Shown here in pieces: positions 10,463 to 20,371 of a DNA stretch of 64,000 nucleotides (position 1 is its first letter; every line of letters begins with the position of its first letter). The stretch lies in NCBI RefSeq assembly GCF_000189555.1, contig NC_017276.1, one strand, 5' to 3'. This DNA comes from Saccharolobus islandicus REY15A. GTDB taxonomy: Archaea > Thermoproteota > Thermoprotei_A > Sulfolobales > Sulfolobaceae. The notes below the pieces were generated by a model that saw only the letters and a program-made list of their open reading frames with translations, was not told where the DNA came from and made no database searches. Position numbers and translations under genes: made by a program.

Positions 10463-10627
10463 ATGATATTAGTAGAGGAAATACTATTAATTATAGGATT
10501 CTTAATGCTCCCATACGGTTTGTATGAAATTATCAAAAGTGAGGCAGATAGAGCTGTGAAGATAACCCTTGTTGGGATTTCAATAGTTTTATTTGCAATT
10601 GAAACGATATTAGCAGTGAAGCAATGA
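10463..10627 (+). CDS. Small two-TM membrane protein (54 aa), not in the ORF track
   Basis: [54 protein letters not shown]; ATGA overlap with the next gene. Confidence 0.7.
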
Positions 10628-11187
10628 TAATAATAGTGACTGGCACACCCGGTGTGGGAAAAACCGTAGCTTCAAAGAAACTTTCTGAGGCGCTTAATCT
10701 AAACTATCTTTCTCTTTCCCAATTTGTTATAGAAAATAAACTTTATACGGAATATGATGAACTTAGGCAAAGTTATATAATAGACGAGGATAAAGTAAAG
10801 GAAGAATTAGAGAAAATTATTTCAACTAGCCATCTCGTGATTGAAACTATATACCCTTCATTGGTATCTACCGCTGACTTAGTAGTTGTCCTTAGGAAGA
10901 ATCCTTTTTCTCTATATAATGAACTAAAAGGAAGGGGTTGGGCTGATATAAAAGTAGCTGAGAACGTGGAGGCAGAAATTCTAGGAGTGATCTCACAAGA
11001 GGCTAGAGAAGCCTTTAAGGATAAGGTGTGTGAAGTAGATACCACAGAAATGAGTACAGAACAAATATTAAATAAAATACTAAATAAACAATGTGATGGA
11101 CCAATAGAATGGTTAGTTGATACAAAAGTACAAAGATTTTTAGAGGAATTAGATAAGATTATTAGCTCCTATGAGAATGATATCTAG
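10624..11187 (+). CDS. Adenylate kinase of the AK6/Fap7 (hCINAP) type
   Basis: P-loop GTPGVGKT; [13 protein letters not shown] lid motif. Confidence 0.85.
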
Positions 11188-12078
11188 ATGAGCAGTAATC
11201 CTTTTAGAATTCAAAATCCTCAGCCACAACCTCAAAGACAGCCTCGTGATTTAAGAAAGGTTAACCAACAAGTTCAAGCTGTTGATCTAAAAGTACAAAT
11301 GAAGATGAAAAATATAAAATATAAGATTGGAGTAGTTAGTGGAAAAGGTGGAGTTGGTAAATCATTTGTCTCATCTAACCTAGCAATGGCTATAGCTGCG
11401 AGCGGTAGAAAAGTAGGTATAGTAGATGTTGATTTCCATGGACCATCAGTGCCAAAAATGTTAGGCGTTAGAGGACAAATGTTAACTGCCGATGATAAGG
11501 GAATAAATCCAGTTATAGGGCCTTTCGGAATAAAAGTTGTTTCCATAGATTTTCTATTACCTAGAGACGATACGCCAGTAGTATGGAGAGGAGCCATAAA
11601 ACATTCAGCGATAAAACAATTCCTAGGTGACGTTAATTGGGGAGAATTGGACTATCTGATAATAGATATGCCCCCAGGGACTGGAGATGAAGCTTTGTCC
11701 ATTGCTCAATTAGTTCCTGGCATTACAGGATTTGTTATCGTTACAATACCATCTGAAGTTTCCACATTAGCTGTTAAGAAATCAATAAATTTCGCTAGAA
11801 CTGTAAACACAAAAATATTAGGTGTAGTTGAAAATATGAGCCATTTTGTATGCCCAAGTGATGGGAAAGTCTATTATATATTTGGAGAAGGTAAAGGTAA
11901 GAAAATGGCAGAGGAAATGGGAGTAGACCTTTTAGGTCAAGTTCCTCTTGATCCTTCCATAGCAGAAGCTAATGATGCTGGAGAACCCTTCTTTTTGAAA
12001 CATCCAGACAGTCCAACTTCTAAAGAATTCTTAAATATAGCTGACAAAGTAATTAAAATTGTTGAATCCAATCAATAG
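11188..12078 (+). CDS. nbp35: Mrp/ApbC/Nbp35 Fe-S cluster carrier ATPase
   Basis: SGKGGVGKS, DVDFHGPS, DMPPGTGD, ENMS motifs. Confidence 0.92.
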   Translation: MSSNPFRIQNPQPQPQRQPRDLRKVNQQVQAVDLKVQMKMKNIKYKIGVVSGKGGVGKSFVSSNLAMAIAASGRKVGIVDVDFHGPSVPKMLGVRGQMLTADDKGINPVIGPFGIKVVSIDFLLPRDDTPVVWRGAIKHSAIKQFLGDVNWGELDYLIIDMPPGTGDEALSIAQLVPGITGFVIVTIPSEVSTLAVKKSINFARTVNTKILGVVENMSHFVCPSDGKVYYIFGEGKGKKMAEEMGVDLLGQVPLDPSIAEANDAGEPFFLKHPDSPTSKEFLNIADKVIKIVESNQ

Positions 12079-12290
12079 CTTTTTGACTTGAGTCGAAAAT
12101 AAAATTTCCTTTCATCATAAACTGGATATTTTTCTAATAGTCCTTCTCTAACTAAATTCGCTAGAACTTTTCTAAATTCCAATAAATTAATCTCCTCCCC
12201 CATTTGAATTAGTTCATCCCTTATTTGTGTGGACGTTTTATCACCTTTAGATACAATGTCAATTATTTTGCGTTTTAACTCTGCACTCAT
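12072..12290 (-). CDS. Small winged-helix protein (72 aa)
   Basis: wHTH-like pattern FRKVLANLVREGLLEK followed by a beta wing. Confidence 0.65.
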   Translation of the reverse strand: MSAELKRKIIDIVSKGDKTSTQIRDELIQMGEEINLLEFRKVLANLVREGLLEKYPVYDERKFYFRLKSKSY

Positions 12291-12388
12291 GATAATATTT
12301 ATTATATAAATGCAAATAAAAAATTGAGGGTTAATGAAGGAAAAACTTAAAAATAAAAAAATATTAAATAAAGATTGGTGAAAGTTTA

Positions 12389-12739
12389 TTGAGTATTGAA
12401 ATTAGCGAAAAAAGTTTTTTATTAAAAAGGTTCTTGATAGTAGCCTATGGTCTATCAGAAGCAGATGTGGATGCCTTTATAAAGATATTAAGTAGCGAGA
12501 CTGGAAAAGACGTAGATGCAATAGCTGGAGAATTAGGAATAAGCAAAAGCAGAGCGAGTCTAATACTAAAAAAGTTAGCTGATGCTGGATTAGTAGAAAA
12601 GGAGAAAACTAGCGTAAGCAGAGGAGGAAGGCCCAAGTTCTTATATCGTATTAACAAAGAGGAGTTAAAGAAAAAACTTATAAAAAGATCTGAAGAAACT
12701 TGCAGAGATCTACAAACTATTATATCTTCTCTTCTTTAA
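12389..12739 (+). CDS. smj12: Lrs14-family DNA-binding protein Smj12
   Basis: 116-aa wHTH ([25 protein letters not shown]...GGRPKFLY); matches the recalled Smj12 size and sequence. Confidence 0.75.
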   Translation: MSIEISEKSFLLKRFLIVAYGLSEADVDAFIKILSSETGKDVDAIAGELGISKSRASLILKKLADAGLVEKEKTSVSRGGRPKFLYRINKEELKKKLIKRSEETCRDLQTIISSLL

Positions 12740-13435
12740 GTATTTCTTTAAAAAAGGTGTCTCATCTATTTTTTGCTTACTCAAATATTCTAAGTAAATT
12801 CCCTTTGGTTTTTCCCTTTTCCTATTAACTCTTATAAGCCTAGTAGGAGTTGCAATTATATCAATTGGTACATCAAAAGGTTCTGAGGGAACCTCGTTTA
12901 CTATTTGTATGTCATGTACAGTAGTCGCAATAGGAGTATTCTCATCTACCTTACCAAGCTCTCTCAAAATCCCAAATTCCAGCTCACTATACCCTTCACC
13001 TTTGCCAACCCTATTTCCATTTAAGTCAACAGCTACAGATCCAGCTACGATGAAATCAACCCTCTCTATACTTTCCAAACTTACCATTATTCCGTATTTT
13101 TCAAAGCCAGATATTCGAGATGCTTTAGGTATATCAGATGAGGAAATCCTAGTTGGATCCAATAAAAAGAAGTCTCCCCTTAATCTAGGAGTAGGGACTA
13201 GAACTTTTTTCTCTTGTCTCAATGCAATTTCTCTTACCTTATATTGCGGGGAGTCAGGATTGACCTTAATGATCTCAGCTTCTTTGAATTCCTTACACTT
13301 TGCCAAATTTGAAGCAGCTTTATCAGCTCCTTTAAAATTCGGAATTCTACCATAGACTGGTTGGGGAAACAGTGCTATGTTTTCCTCCTCCAATCTTTTC
13401 CATATTAATTCCCTTATTTCTTGTTTAGATAACAT
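12710..13435 (-). CDS. 5-formyltetrahydrofolate cyclo-ligase family protein
   Basis: [34 protein letters not shown] motifs. Confidence 0.85.
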   Translation of the reverse strand: MLSKQEIRELIWKRLEEENIALFPQPVYGRIPNFKGADKAASNLAKCKEFKEAEIIKVNPDSPQYKVREIALRQEKKVLVPTPRLRGDFFLLDPTRISSSDIPKASRISGFEKYGIMVSLESIERVDFIVAGSVAVDLNGNRVGKGEGYSELEFGILRELGKVDENTPIATTVHDIQIVNEVPSEPFDVPIDIIATPTRLIRVNRKREKPKGIYLEYLSKQKIDETPFLKKYLKKRRYNSL

Positions 13436-13985
13436 TTAGAATACCCTCATATAATAAGTAAACACCAAATGCGACTAATATTATAGATGAAATTATTTTC
13501 ACGTATTTCACGTATTTTGCTCCTAACATGTTTATTGCCTTAGGAAAAGCTATTATCCAAATTAATATACCCACAAAAAATCCCGGTATTATTAAAACCG
13601 AAAGGGATCTAATCATGGAAATCCCAACAGTAACCCACCAACTTATTTGATAAGGATTAGTTAAACCCATAGAAAGTCCTATGATATAATTTCCTCTTAC
13701 AGAGCTAGAGGGCATTTTAGCTTTAATCGTTAAATATGATAAATATAGCATGAATATGCCCCCAACTATATACAGAGCATTTATAATTGGCATGGGAATG
13801 TACCCTTGGATAAAGTAAACGATTATAAAGAAAATCAAATCAGCCGTCATTGCCCCTGCTCCAATACTGCTTCCATGAAACCATGATTTTGTAGACTCAT
13901 TGGCAATCATGGCATTAACTGGCCCGGGAGGTGCAGCCATTGACAAACCTAAAATAATCCCTAAGCCCAGGTAAGTGAGTAACAT
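13425..13985 (-). CDS. LysE-family translocator
   Basis: PPGP motif, GLTNPY, TM segments. Confidence 0.85.
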   Translation of the reverse strand: MLLTYLGLGIILGLSMAAPPGPVNAMIANESTKSWFHGSSIGAGAMTADLIFFIIVYFIQGYIPMPIINALYIVGGIFMLYLSYLTIKAKMPSSSVRGNYIIGLSMGLTNPYQISWWVTVGISMIRSLSVLIIPGFFVGILIWIIAFPKAINMLGAKYVKYVKIISSIILVAFGVYLLYEGILNVI

Positions 13986-13993
13986 CTATTAAG

Positions 13994-14716
13994 TTAACTT
14001 TCAATCATCCTTTTAAAACTTAAAGCATCACCAAATGAGTAAACGTTATTGAAAAGAACGTAAATTAACTCTTTCTTTTCGGATGTTACATATTCCTTCA
14101 GCTTCTCCAAATCAGCTCTTGTATACTTGTATCTATAATTGACCTCTTCTGATCCTAAACCATGAAGTCTAAAATACCTAATTTGTTTGCTATCTACTGG
14201 CTTATTTTTGAACGGATCTACTACGTGAATTGCATCGATTTCAGAAAATATTTTCATTAGCAAATCATGATTGAGATTCCATTCTCCTCTAGGTTCCCAA
14301 CCGTAGGTAAATGATCTATCTAATGTACTGAAAAAGTCCTTAAGATTCTTCATATTTTCGTCATTGGGTGTGAAAGATGCTGGTGTTTGAAATATTATGA
14401 TTTTAGAATTTAGGAATTCAGCCTCCTTTAATGTGATTTCCAGAGCTTGCATAACTTCTTTAGTTGGTCTAAAATATCCATAGTTTTTTACATTTCCAAT
14501 AACTGTCTTAGTTCTCTTATATGTGATTTTATTATATTCGTGTGTAATTATCTGATTGGCCTTAACAGTTAATTCAACGTTGTTCTGTATAGAGAGTTCC
14601 TTCCATTTACTTAGTCTTTCTTCAGATAGAAAGTTGTAAAATGTCTCTTGTACCTCAAGCACACTGAAATAATTGAAATGCTTTCTCGTAAATCCACATG
14701 TACCTATTTTTATCAT
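13994..14716 (-). CDS. DUF72-family protein
   Basis: IGTCG, EVQETFY, FQTPASF, EPRG, YFRLHG, LFNN motifs. Confidence 0.85.
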   Translation of the reverse strand: MIKIGTCGFTRKHFNYFSVLEVQETFYNFLSEERLSKWKELSIQNNVELTVKANQIITHEYNKITYKRTKTVIGNVKNYGYFRPTKEVMQALEITLKEAEFLNSKIIIFQTPASFTPNDENMKNLKDFFSTLDRSFTYGWEPRGEWNLNHDLLMKIFSEIDAIHVVDPFKNKPVDSKQIRYFRLHGLGSEEVNYRYKYTRADLEKLKEYVTSEKKELIYVLFNNVYSFGDALSFKRMIES

Positions 14717-14771
14717 CTTGCATAGATTTTGGGAAAAGATTAATATAATAGGTTTTGCATAGACTTAATTC

Positions 14772-15224
14772 GTGAGTGAAGAAGAAATAATTGAAAAAGT
14801 TAAGAAAATGTATGAACAAGGATTAAGTATTAGACAAATTGCTAATCAATTGGAGTTAAGTTACTCTAGGGTTCGTAGAATGCTTATTAAGGCTAAGGTT
14901 AATTTCAGAGGGAAAGTGCCAAATGATAAAATTCAAAAAATCATAGAAATGGGAAAGCAAGGTTATAGTGCAAATAGAATAAGTAAGGAGTTAAATATCA
15001 ATTTTAATACTGTATTGAGAATTTTTAAAAAATATAATCTAGGTAAAAAAAGGAGAAAATTGGATAGAAAGGAAATAGAGAAAATAAGGGAAGAGTATAA
15101 TAAAGGAAATAGTATATATAAGATTGCAAAAGAACTTAACATTTCCACTAATCTTGTAGTATATCATTTAAAGAAAATGGGTTTATATAGACCTATTCGT
15201 GAATCTTCTCCCACATCTGCTTAG
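14772..15224 (+). CDS. cbp1: CRISPR DNA repeat-binding protein Cbp1 (triple HTH)
   Basis: Three imperfect ~50-aa HTH repeats (GLSIRQIA / GYSANRIS / GNSIYKIA). Confidence 0.8.
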   Translation: MSEEEIIEKVKKMYEQGLSIRQIANQLELSYSRVRRMLIKAKVNFRGKVPNDKIQKIIEMGKQGYSANRISKELNINFNTVLRIFKKYNLGKKRRKLDRKEIEKIREEYNKGNSIYKIAKELNISTNLVVYHLKKMGLYRPIRESSPTSA

Positions 15225-16335
15225 CTAGCTTACCATCATATTTAAATACTTGTATAAGTTCCTTTGCCTCTTCTCTTCTCCTTCTGTGTTCCTCTAAGAA
15301 ACTATTTAATTTATCTATTAATATCTGCTTTAACTCTCCAGTTAACATCTTACCGGATCTATACTCTTCCTCAATCTCCTTAATCCTATTATCATCTTCC
15401 TCGAAGAAGTAATATAACCACTGGAAGGGAACATCTATTTCTGGATTCCCACCATATTTCCTATGCAACTCTATTGTGGGCTGTCCTCCTGAAAACGCAT
15501 ATTTCATTATCTTCCTTTCCACAGTTTTAGGATCATCTACAAGGTATATTGCGGTCTCTGGATTTGAAGAACTCATCTTACCCTCTGGTCCTGTAAGTGG
15601 AGGAAGGAATTTGCTATGTATCTGTGCAGCCTTATAGTATCCAAGGCTTTCCGCTATATCCCTTTGCAATCTCCAATAGGGATCCTGATCTATACCGGCT
15701 GGTATTAAACATCTTTTCTTTTCAAACATTGTAGGAGCTATCTGTAAGGCTGGGTAAAATATAAGACCTATATTTGAGGAAACGTCTAAGCCAAAAGTGG
15801 CTCTTACTTCTGAAAACGTCAACTTCTTTGCAATTTTTACTGCTATAGGATACATATTTCTTATATACTCGGTATCTTGAAAGATGAATGTTTTATCGGG
15901 ATTAAAGCCAACCGCAATAATATCTAAAATGTTATCATAAGCCCAACTCCTAGTCTGGTCCAATGTATATTCTGGATTTCTCATGAACTTCTCGTCATCT
16001 GTTATCTCAATATACAGATTAACATTAAATTTATCTTGTAGCCATTTAGTGAATATGAATGGTATTAGGTGTCCTATGTGCATACCTAAGGAAGGTGCTC
16101 TTCCAGTATATAGAAAGAACCCTTTACCTTTCTCGTAATCATTTAGAACTAAATCTAGATCTCGATGAGAAAAAAATACGTTTCTCCTAAGCATGACATG
16201 CAATTCCCCAACTAAATTCTTCATTCTTTGTTTCAGTTCTTCTGTAATTTTCTGAGTGCCAAATTGAACAATTAATTTATCGTAATCCACTTTACCCTTA
16301 ACTTCCCAAGGAGTTACAGTAAATTCATCTGGCAT
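15193..16335 (-). CDS. trpS: Tryptophan-tRNA ligase
   Basis: HIGH and KMSSS motifs; start MPDEFTVTPW at 16335. Confidence 0.97.
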   Translation of the reverse strand: MPDEFTVTPWEVKGKVDYDKLIVQFGTQKITEELKQRMKNLVGELHVMLRRNVFFSHRDLDLVLNDYEKGKGFFLYTGRAPSLGMHIGHLIPFIFTKWLQDKFNVNLYIEITDDEKFMRNPEYTLDQTRSWAYDNILDIIAVGFNPDKTFIFQDTEYIRNMYPIAVKIAKKLTFSEVRATFGLDVSSNIGLIFYPALQIAPTMFEKKRCLIPAGIDQDPYWRLQRDIAESLGYYKAAQIHSKFLPPLTGPEGKMSSSNPETAIYLVDDPKTVERKIMKYAFSGGQPTIELHRKYGGNPEIDVPFQWLYYFFEEDDNRIKEIEEEYRSGKMLTGELKQILIDKLNSFLEEHRRRREEAKELIQVFKYDGKLAKQMWEKIHE

Positions 16336-16391
16336 TGTAGTATGAAAATACATGAAAATATAAAAGGTTAAAATTAAGTGAAATAGGGGTT

Positions 16392-17018
16392 TTAGGAGTT
16401 AGATTTGGAGGCTAATCCAGCACCAACAGGTAGGTCTGGGAACTTCTCCTTCATTCTCTGCTCAGCAACAATAGACGCTTCTTCCAATATTTTTCTTGCC
16501 TCCGGCGAAGATGCTGCTGCATAAGCTCCCATACCTGTGAACTCTCCAGACTCAGTAACTATCTCTTGTAGTCCTTCTCCTAATTCAGCGAGTTCTAACG
16601 AAACTTCTGGCATTATACCTTTCAAGGTAGACTTTAATTCACCAACAACTCCTAATACTGGGATTAAGTTTACAAATACATCTCCTAATTCAGTTACTGT
16701 CTCTAATCTGAGTTGTACTTGTTCCAAGGCAATTTGGGTTGTTAACAACTGTCTGGAGATCTTTCTGATTTCTGCTACCTCATTAGCGTACATTGCTGCC
16801 CTTTGTGTATCCTTAGACATTTGTGCTTCTACTACTCTCTCAAATAGTATTTTATCCCTTTCTTGCATTCTAGAAATGTAAGCGTCAAGCCTACTAATCA
16901 TGGAGCTAATTTTATAGTGAGCGTTAACTAACCTATACTTTAAAGGCTCCTTAGAACCCTTTATTTTAAATCTCTCCTGCTCATAACCCCAAATCTTTTG
17001 GAAATCTTTTCCGAGCAT
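16392..17018 (-). CDS. cdvB1: ESCRT-III paralog (CdvB1 / ESCRT-III-1 type)
   Basis: Snf7 core ([13 protein letters not shown]...[11 protein letters not shown]), no C-terminal wHTH; ATG at 17018 chosen; B1 versus B2 assignment rests on recalled gene order. Confidence 0.75.
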   Translation of the reverse strand: MLGKDFQKIWGYEQERFKIKGSKEPLKYRLVNAHYKISSMISRLDAYISRMQERDKILFERVVEAQMSKDTQRAAMYANEVAEIRKISRQLLTTQIALEQVQLRLETVTELGDVFVNLIPVLGVVGELKSTLKGIMPEVSLELAELGEGLQEIVTESGEFTGMGAYAAASSPEARKILEEASIVAEQRMKEKFPDLPVGAGLASKSNS

Positions 17019-17106
17019 GGCTAATATATAACTTACCTCATTAACTCTTATAAGATCAAACACATTATGTGAAGAGTTTAAATTATTAGAATCTAAAATA
17101 AGTAAT

Positions 17107-17379
17107 ATGCCAAACACGTTCATTAAAGAAGATGAAGATCCGGAATACGACATCTTAATATCAGCTAATGACGTGGTAATATACTTAGATCTTAGATGGA
17201 AAGAACTAGAATATAACAGAGTTAGTATAAATATTGATGGAAATAAGATTTATGTAACTGACTCAATGAATAATCGAGTAATCAAAGTGATATCGTTACC
17301 AATAAGAATAGATCCATTAACCTTAACTTATAAGCATAAGAATGGAATATTTATATTGCAAGGCAATAAGTTAAACTAG
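17107..17379 (+). CDS. Minimal Hsp20/alpha-crystallin (CS)-like domain protein
   Basis: PEYDI...IYLDL...ISLPIRIDP...[10 protein letters not shown] pattern. Confidence 0.6.
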   Translation: MPNTFIKEDEDPEYDILISANDVVIYLDLRWKELEYNRVSINIDGNKIYVTDSMNNRVIKVISLPIRIDPLTLTYKHKNGIFILQGNKLN

Positions 17380-18090
17380 ATGACAGAGGAACTTTACCTA
17401 AAAGACTCTTATATTAAAGAATTTGAGGGAAGAGTAGTTAAGATAGAAGATAGCTACGTAATGCTCGATAAGACTGCTTTTTACCCAGGAGGAGGGGGTT
17501 TAGAGAACGATACAGGATTTTTAATAAATGAGAGAGGAGAGAAGATAAATGTTACTGAGGCAAAAAGAGGAGAGAACGGGGAGATTTTACATAAGATAGA
17601 TCAAAATGCTTCTCTTAATGTTGGCGATAAGGTTATAGGCAAAATAAATTGGGAAAGAAGATATAGAATGATGCGATTACATACTGCCTCGCATATAGTT
17701 GCTGCATTAGCTTATAGCAAATTCGGAGCTTTAATAACTGGAGGGCATATAAGTCCAGAACAAGCTAAAGACGATTTTAATGTTGAAAATAAGGATACCC
17801 TTATCGAGTTAATAAACGAAGCTAATGAAATAGTCAAAAAAGGGATAGAGCTAAAGATCTATTTTTTACCTAGAGAAGAAGCTCTAATGATACCAGCGAT
17901 AGTGAAACTAGCCGGGAGAAATCCACCACAAATTCCAATATGGCGTATAGTCGAGATTCCGGGAATAGACATACAGGCTGATGGCGGACCTCACGTTAAC
18001 AATACCAAGGAAATAGGAGAAATAGTACTACTTAAGGTTGAAAATAAGGGAAAAGGGAGAAAGAGAGTTTACTATACTGTTAAACCATAG
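17380..18090 (+). CDS. alaX: Alanyl-tRNA editing protein AlaX (AlaX-M)
   Basis: TAFYPGGGG, HTASH, xGGPH motifs. Confidence 0.9.
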   Translation: MTEELYLKDSYIKEFEGRVVKIEDSYVMLDKTAFYPGGGGLENDTGFLINERGEKINVTEAKRGENGEILHKIDQNASLNVGDKVIGKINWERRYRMMRLHTASHIVAALAYSKFGALITGGHISPEQAKDDFNVENKDTLIELINEANEIVKKGIELKIYFLPREEALMIPAIVKLAGRNPPQIPIWRIVEIPGIDIQADGGPHVNNTKEIGEIVLLKVENKGKGRKRVYYTVKP

Positions 18091-18128
18091 GGAATTTATT
18101 TATTAGCTTAATCAGAATAACTATTTTT

Positions 18129-18566
18129 GTGTCATTAATTATTAGACTTGCTAAGTTTGCCGTAGTTGGTGGGTTAGGGACAATTGTGAATGAGACCATT
18201 TACGTTTTAGCTTCTAAGGCTATACCAATTGGGGTCTCTTTAGCCATAGCGATTGAGATTTCACTTATCTTTAATTTCGTCCTAAATGATACATGGACAT
18301 TTAAAGATAAGAGAAATAATTCATACCTTAATCGTTTACTAAAGTTCCATGGCTCTTCCTATCTTGGAAATATAGTCCAATACGTAGTCGCATTAGTTTT
18401 ATTAATATATTTATTACACGTTACTTCCATCTCTCAAGCGGTATTTATATTGTTCTTTAGTAAACTTACCACCTCAACATTTATCTTAGTTTTAACAAAT
18501 TTCATTGGTATCATGTCTGGATTTTTAGTAAGATTTATAACTAGTCTAAAGTACGTGTGGACTTAA
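18129..18566 (+). CDS. GtrA-family membrane protein
   Basis: KFAVVGGLGT, FVLNDTWTF motifs. Confidence 0.85.
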   Translation: MSLIIRLAKFAVVGGLGTIVNETIYVLASKAIPIGVSLAIAIEISLIFNFVLNDTWTFKDKRNNSYLNRLLKFHGSSYLGNIVQYVVALVLLIYLLHVTSISQAVFILFFSKLTTSTFILVLTNFIGIMSGFLVRFITSLKYVWT

Positions 18567-19544
18567 CTCCCTTTTTTCAGATATGATTTCATTTATAGTA
18601 TGAATTAACCCCATAACATCATCCTTTAAAGCTATTCTGGCGTGAGTATTCCTTAACCCTAAAAAGTTACTGGCATCCCTAATATAGCACTTACATCTTC
18701 TAATTAGTTCGTCATTAATTAAGCTAGAGGGAATCTTAAATTCCACCAAGAAAAACGGTGCATAGGATTTGTACATTTTGAACAACTTCTTCGCATTTTC
18801 TAATTTATCATAAATTTCTTTCACTTTACTTCTGCTACTCGCAAAGAAAGACCTTATTTCCTTAGCATTTAAGTTAGATACAACATAATAGGTTATGGAG
18901 TTAATTCTCCAAATTGGCGCAAGTCTTTCCAATTCCTTACTCTTATGTCCTAGTGAAAAACCAAATCTTAAGCCTGGAATTGCAAGACTCTTCGTAAATG
19001 AGTTTATGATTGTCAAATTAGAGAATTCGTTAACTAGTCCAGACGCACTCTCAGCCAAGCTTATATCAATAAACGATTCATCTAAAACAAGTTCGTTTTT
19101 CTTATCTTTAAGAAAGTCTTCAATTTCATTTAATTTGATTACAGACCCAGTAGGATTATTTGGATTGCTAGCTATTATTCGACCAGCCTTTAATTTGAAA
19201 ACGAATTCGTCTTCACGCTCCTCAGCAAAATAATAGCTACGAAATTTATATTCACTATAATTAGGCTGTGGAACAGTGAAGTTATCATCAAGCACATTAA
19301 TGACCTCAGAAGCACCATTGAATACTCCTACCAAATCCTCACTTACTCCGTAAATTTCCCCAATTACGCTCTTTATCTCTCTAAGATTTTGAGGGGGATA
19401 ATACGTATATATTTTAAGCCTTACAGCTTCATTAATTAATTCTTCAACGAACTTGGGAACACCTAACGGATTAAGATTTACGCTAAAATCCTTGACGTCT
19501 AAAGCTGGTTTTCCATTTCTCCAAGAATATCCTCCATGTTTCAT
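18546..19544 (-). CDS. cobD: Threonine-phosphate decarboxylase CobD-like PLP enzyme
   Basis: HGG, DFSVNLNPLG, NPNNPTG, DESF, SFTKSLAIPGLRFG motifs. Confidence 0.75.
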   Translation of the reverse strand: MKHGGYSWRNGKPALDVKDFSVNLNPLGVPKFVEELINEAVRLKIYTYYPPQNLREIKSVIGEIYGVSEDLVGVFNGASEVINVLDDNFTVPQPNYSEYKFRSYYFAEEREDEFVFKLKAGRIIASNPNNPTGSVIKLNEIEDFLKDKKNELVLDESFIDISLAESASGLVNEFSNLTIINSFTKSLAIPGLRFGFSLGHKSKELERLAPIWRINSITYYVVSNLNAKEIRSFFASSRSKVKEIYDKLENAKKLFKMYKSYAPFFLVEFKIPSSLINDELIRRCKCYIRDASNFLGLRNTHARIALKDDVMGLIHTINEIISEKRELSPHVL

Positions 19545-20125
19545 AGTTCCCTCTCTTCAAAATACGCTGTAATTACATTCTTTTCAGCTCTCCTTATAAT
19601 TTCGCTTAGGCTTGATGGGCTAATGTTTAGCTTTTTAGCCAGGTCTTTTAATCCTATTCTTCTAGGATAGTCAAAAAATCCAGCTTCTAAAGCAATCCTC
19701 AGTATTTGCTCCTGCCTTGCAGTTATTGCATCCTTTTTTTCAGCTTTCACGACTTTTAAAACTCTAACCTCTTTTGTAATGCTTATTAACGAATTAAGTA
19801 ATTCCCTCAGCTCTGTATAACCGTTTAATATTAAAGTCCATAGGATTCCATCATCTGTTAAAGCACCGTTCATTATGATATATTGAGACAAGACCTTAAT
19901 GAATTCAGTTGATATGTAATTTGTACAAATGAATTTATACTTTGAAACCTTAATAGGTTCTTCACAAACTTGCCTAGCGTTTGTCTCGTCTCCACGTATT
20001 TCAATAAGTAGCTTACCTTTCTCGCCATCAACCCTGATATCGAGAATGTTGACTGTAATCTTGTTAGGAATAAATTCTGGGAACTGAAGTAAATCAGGAG
20101 TTTTTATTACGACGTATAACAGCAT
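19541..20125 (-). CDS. HTH_10 (Bat-like) transcription regulator
   Basis: C-terminal TARQEQIL..ALEAGFFDYPRR..L.DLA..LNIS..SLSE. Confidence 0.85.
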   Translation of the reverse strand: MLLYVVIKTPDLLQFPEFIPNKITVNILDIRVDGEKGKLLIEIRGDETNARQVCEEPIKVSKYKFICTNYISTEFIKVLSQYIIMNGALTDDGILWTLILNGYTELRELLNSLISITKEVRVLKVVKAEKKDAITARQEQILRIALEAGFFDYPRRIGLKDLAKKLNISPSSLSEIIRRAEKNVITAYFEEREL

Positions 20126-20179
20126 TACATAATTACCTCTAAACTTATACTACTTAAACTTATCTACTAACGCTTAAAT

Positions 20180-20229
20180 TCAGCACTCAAGACCTTCATT
20201 CACCTTTCATAAACTACGAGGTTCATCAT
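20180..20229 (-). ncRNA. Box C/D guide sRNA
   Basis: ATGATGA - 12 nt - ATGA - aagg - TGAATGA - 12 nt - CTGA; TATA-like CTTAAAT about 25 nt upstream. Confidence 0.85.
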
Positions 20230-20291
20230 TACGAGAATTATAGCCTTGGAGTAATTTAAGCCATACAAAAAGAACGAGAATAAAAAAATAT

Positions 20292-20371
<80 letters not shown>

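Noticed and set aside
14772-15224. Periodic sequence suggesting a CRISPR array near cbp1
   Set aside because: The periodicity is the protein's three HTH repeats; no identical DNA repeats with spacers
17019-17153. N-terminal extensions in the ORF track (cdvB1; also trmI 35331-35384, cdc48 41322-41417, rhomboid 9816-9875, pcna3 52205-52249)
   Set aside because: They overlap divergent genes, promoters or an sRNA and lack family similarity; downstream starts fit better
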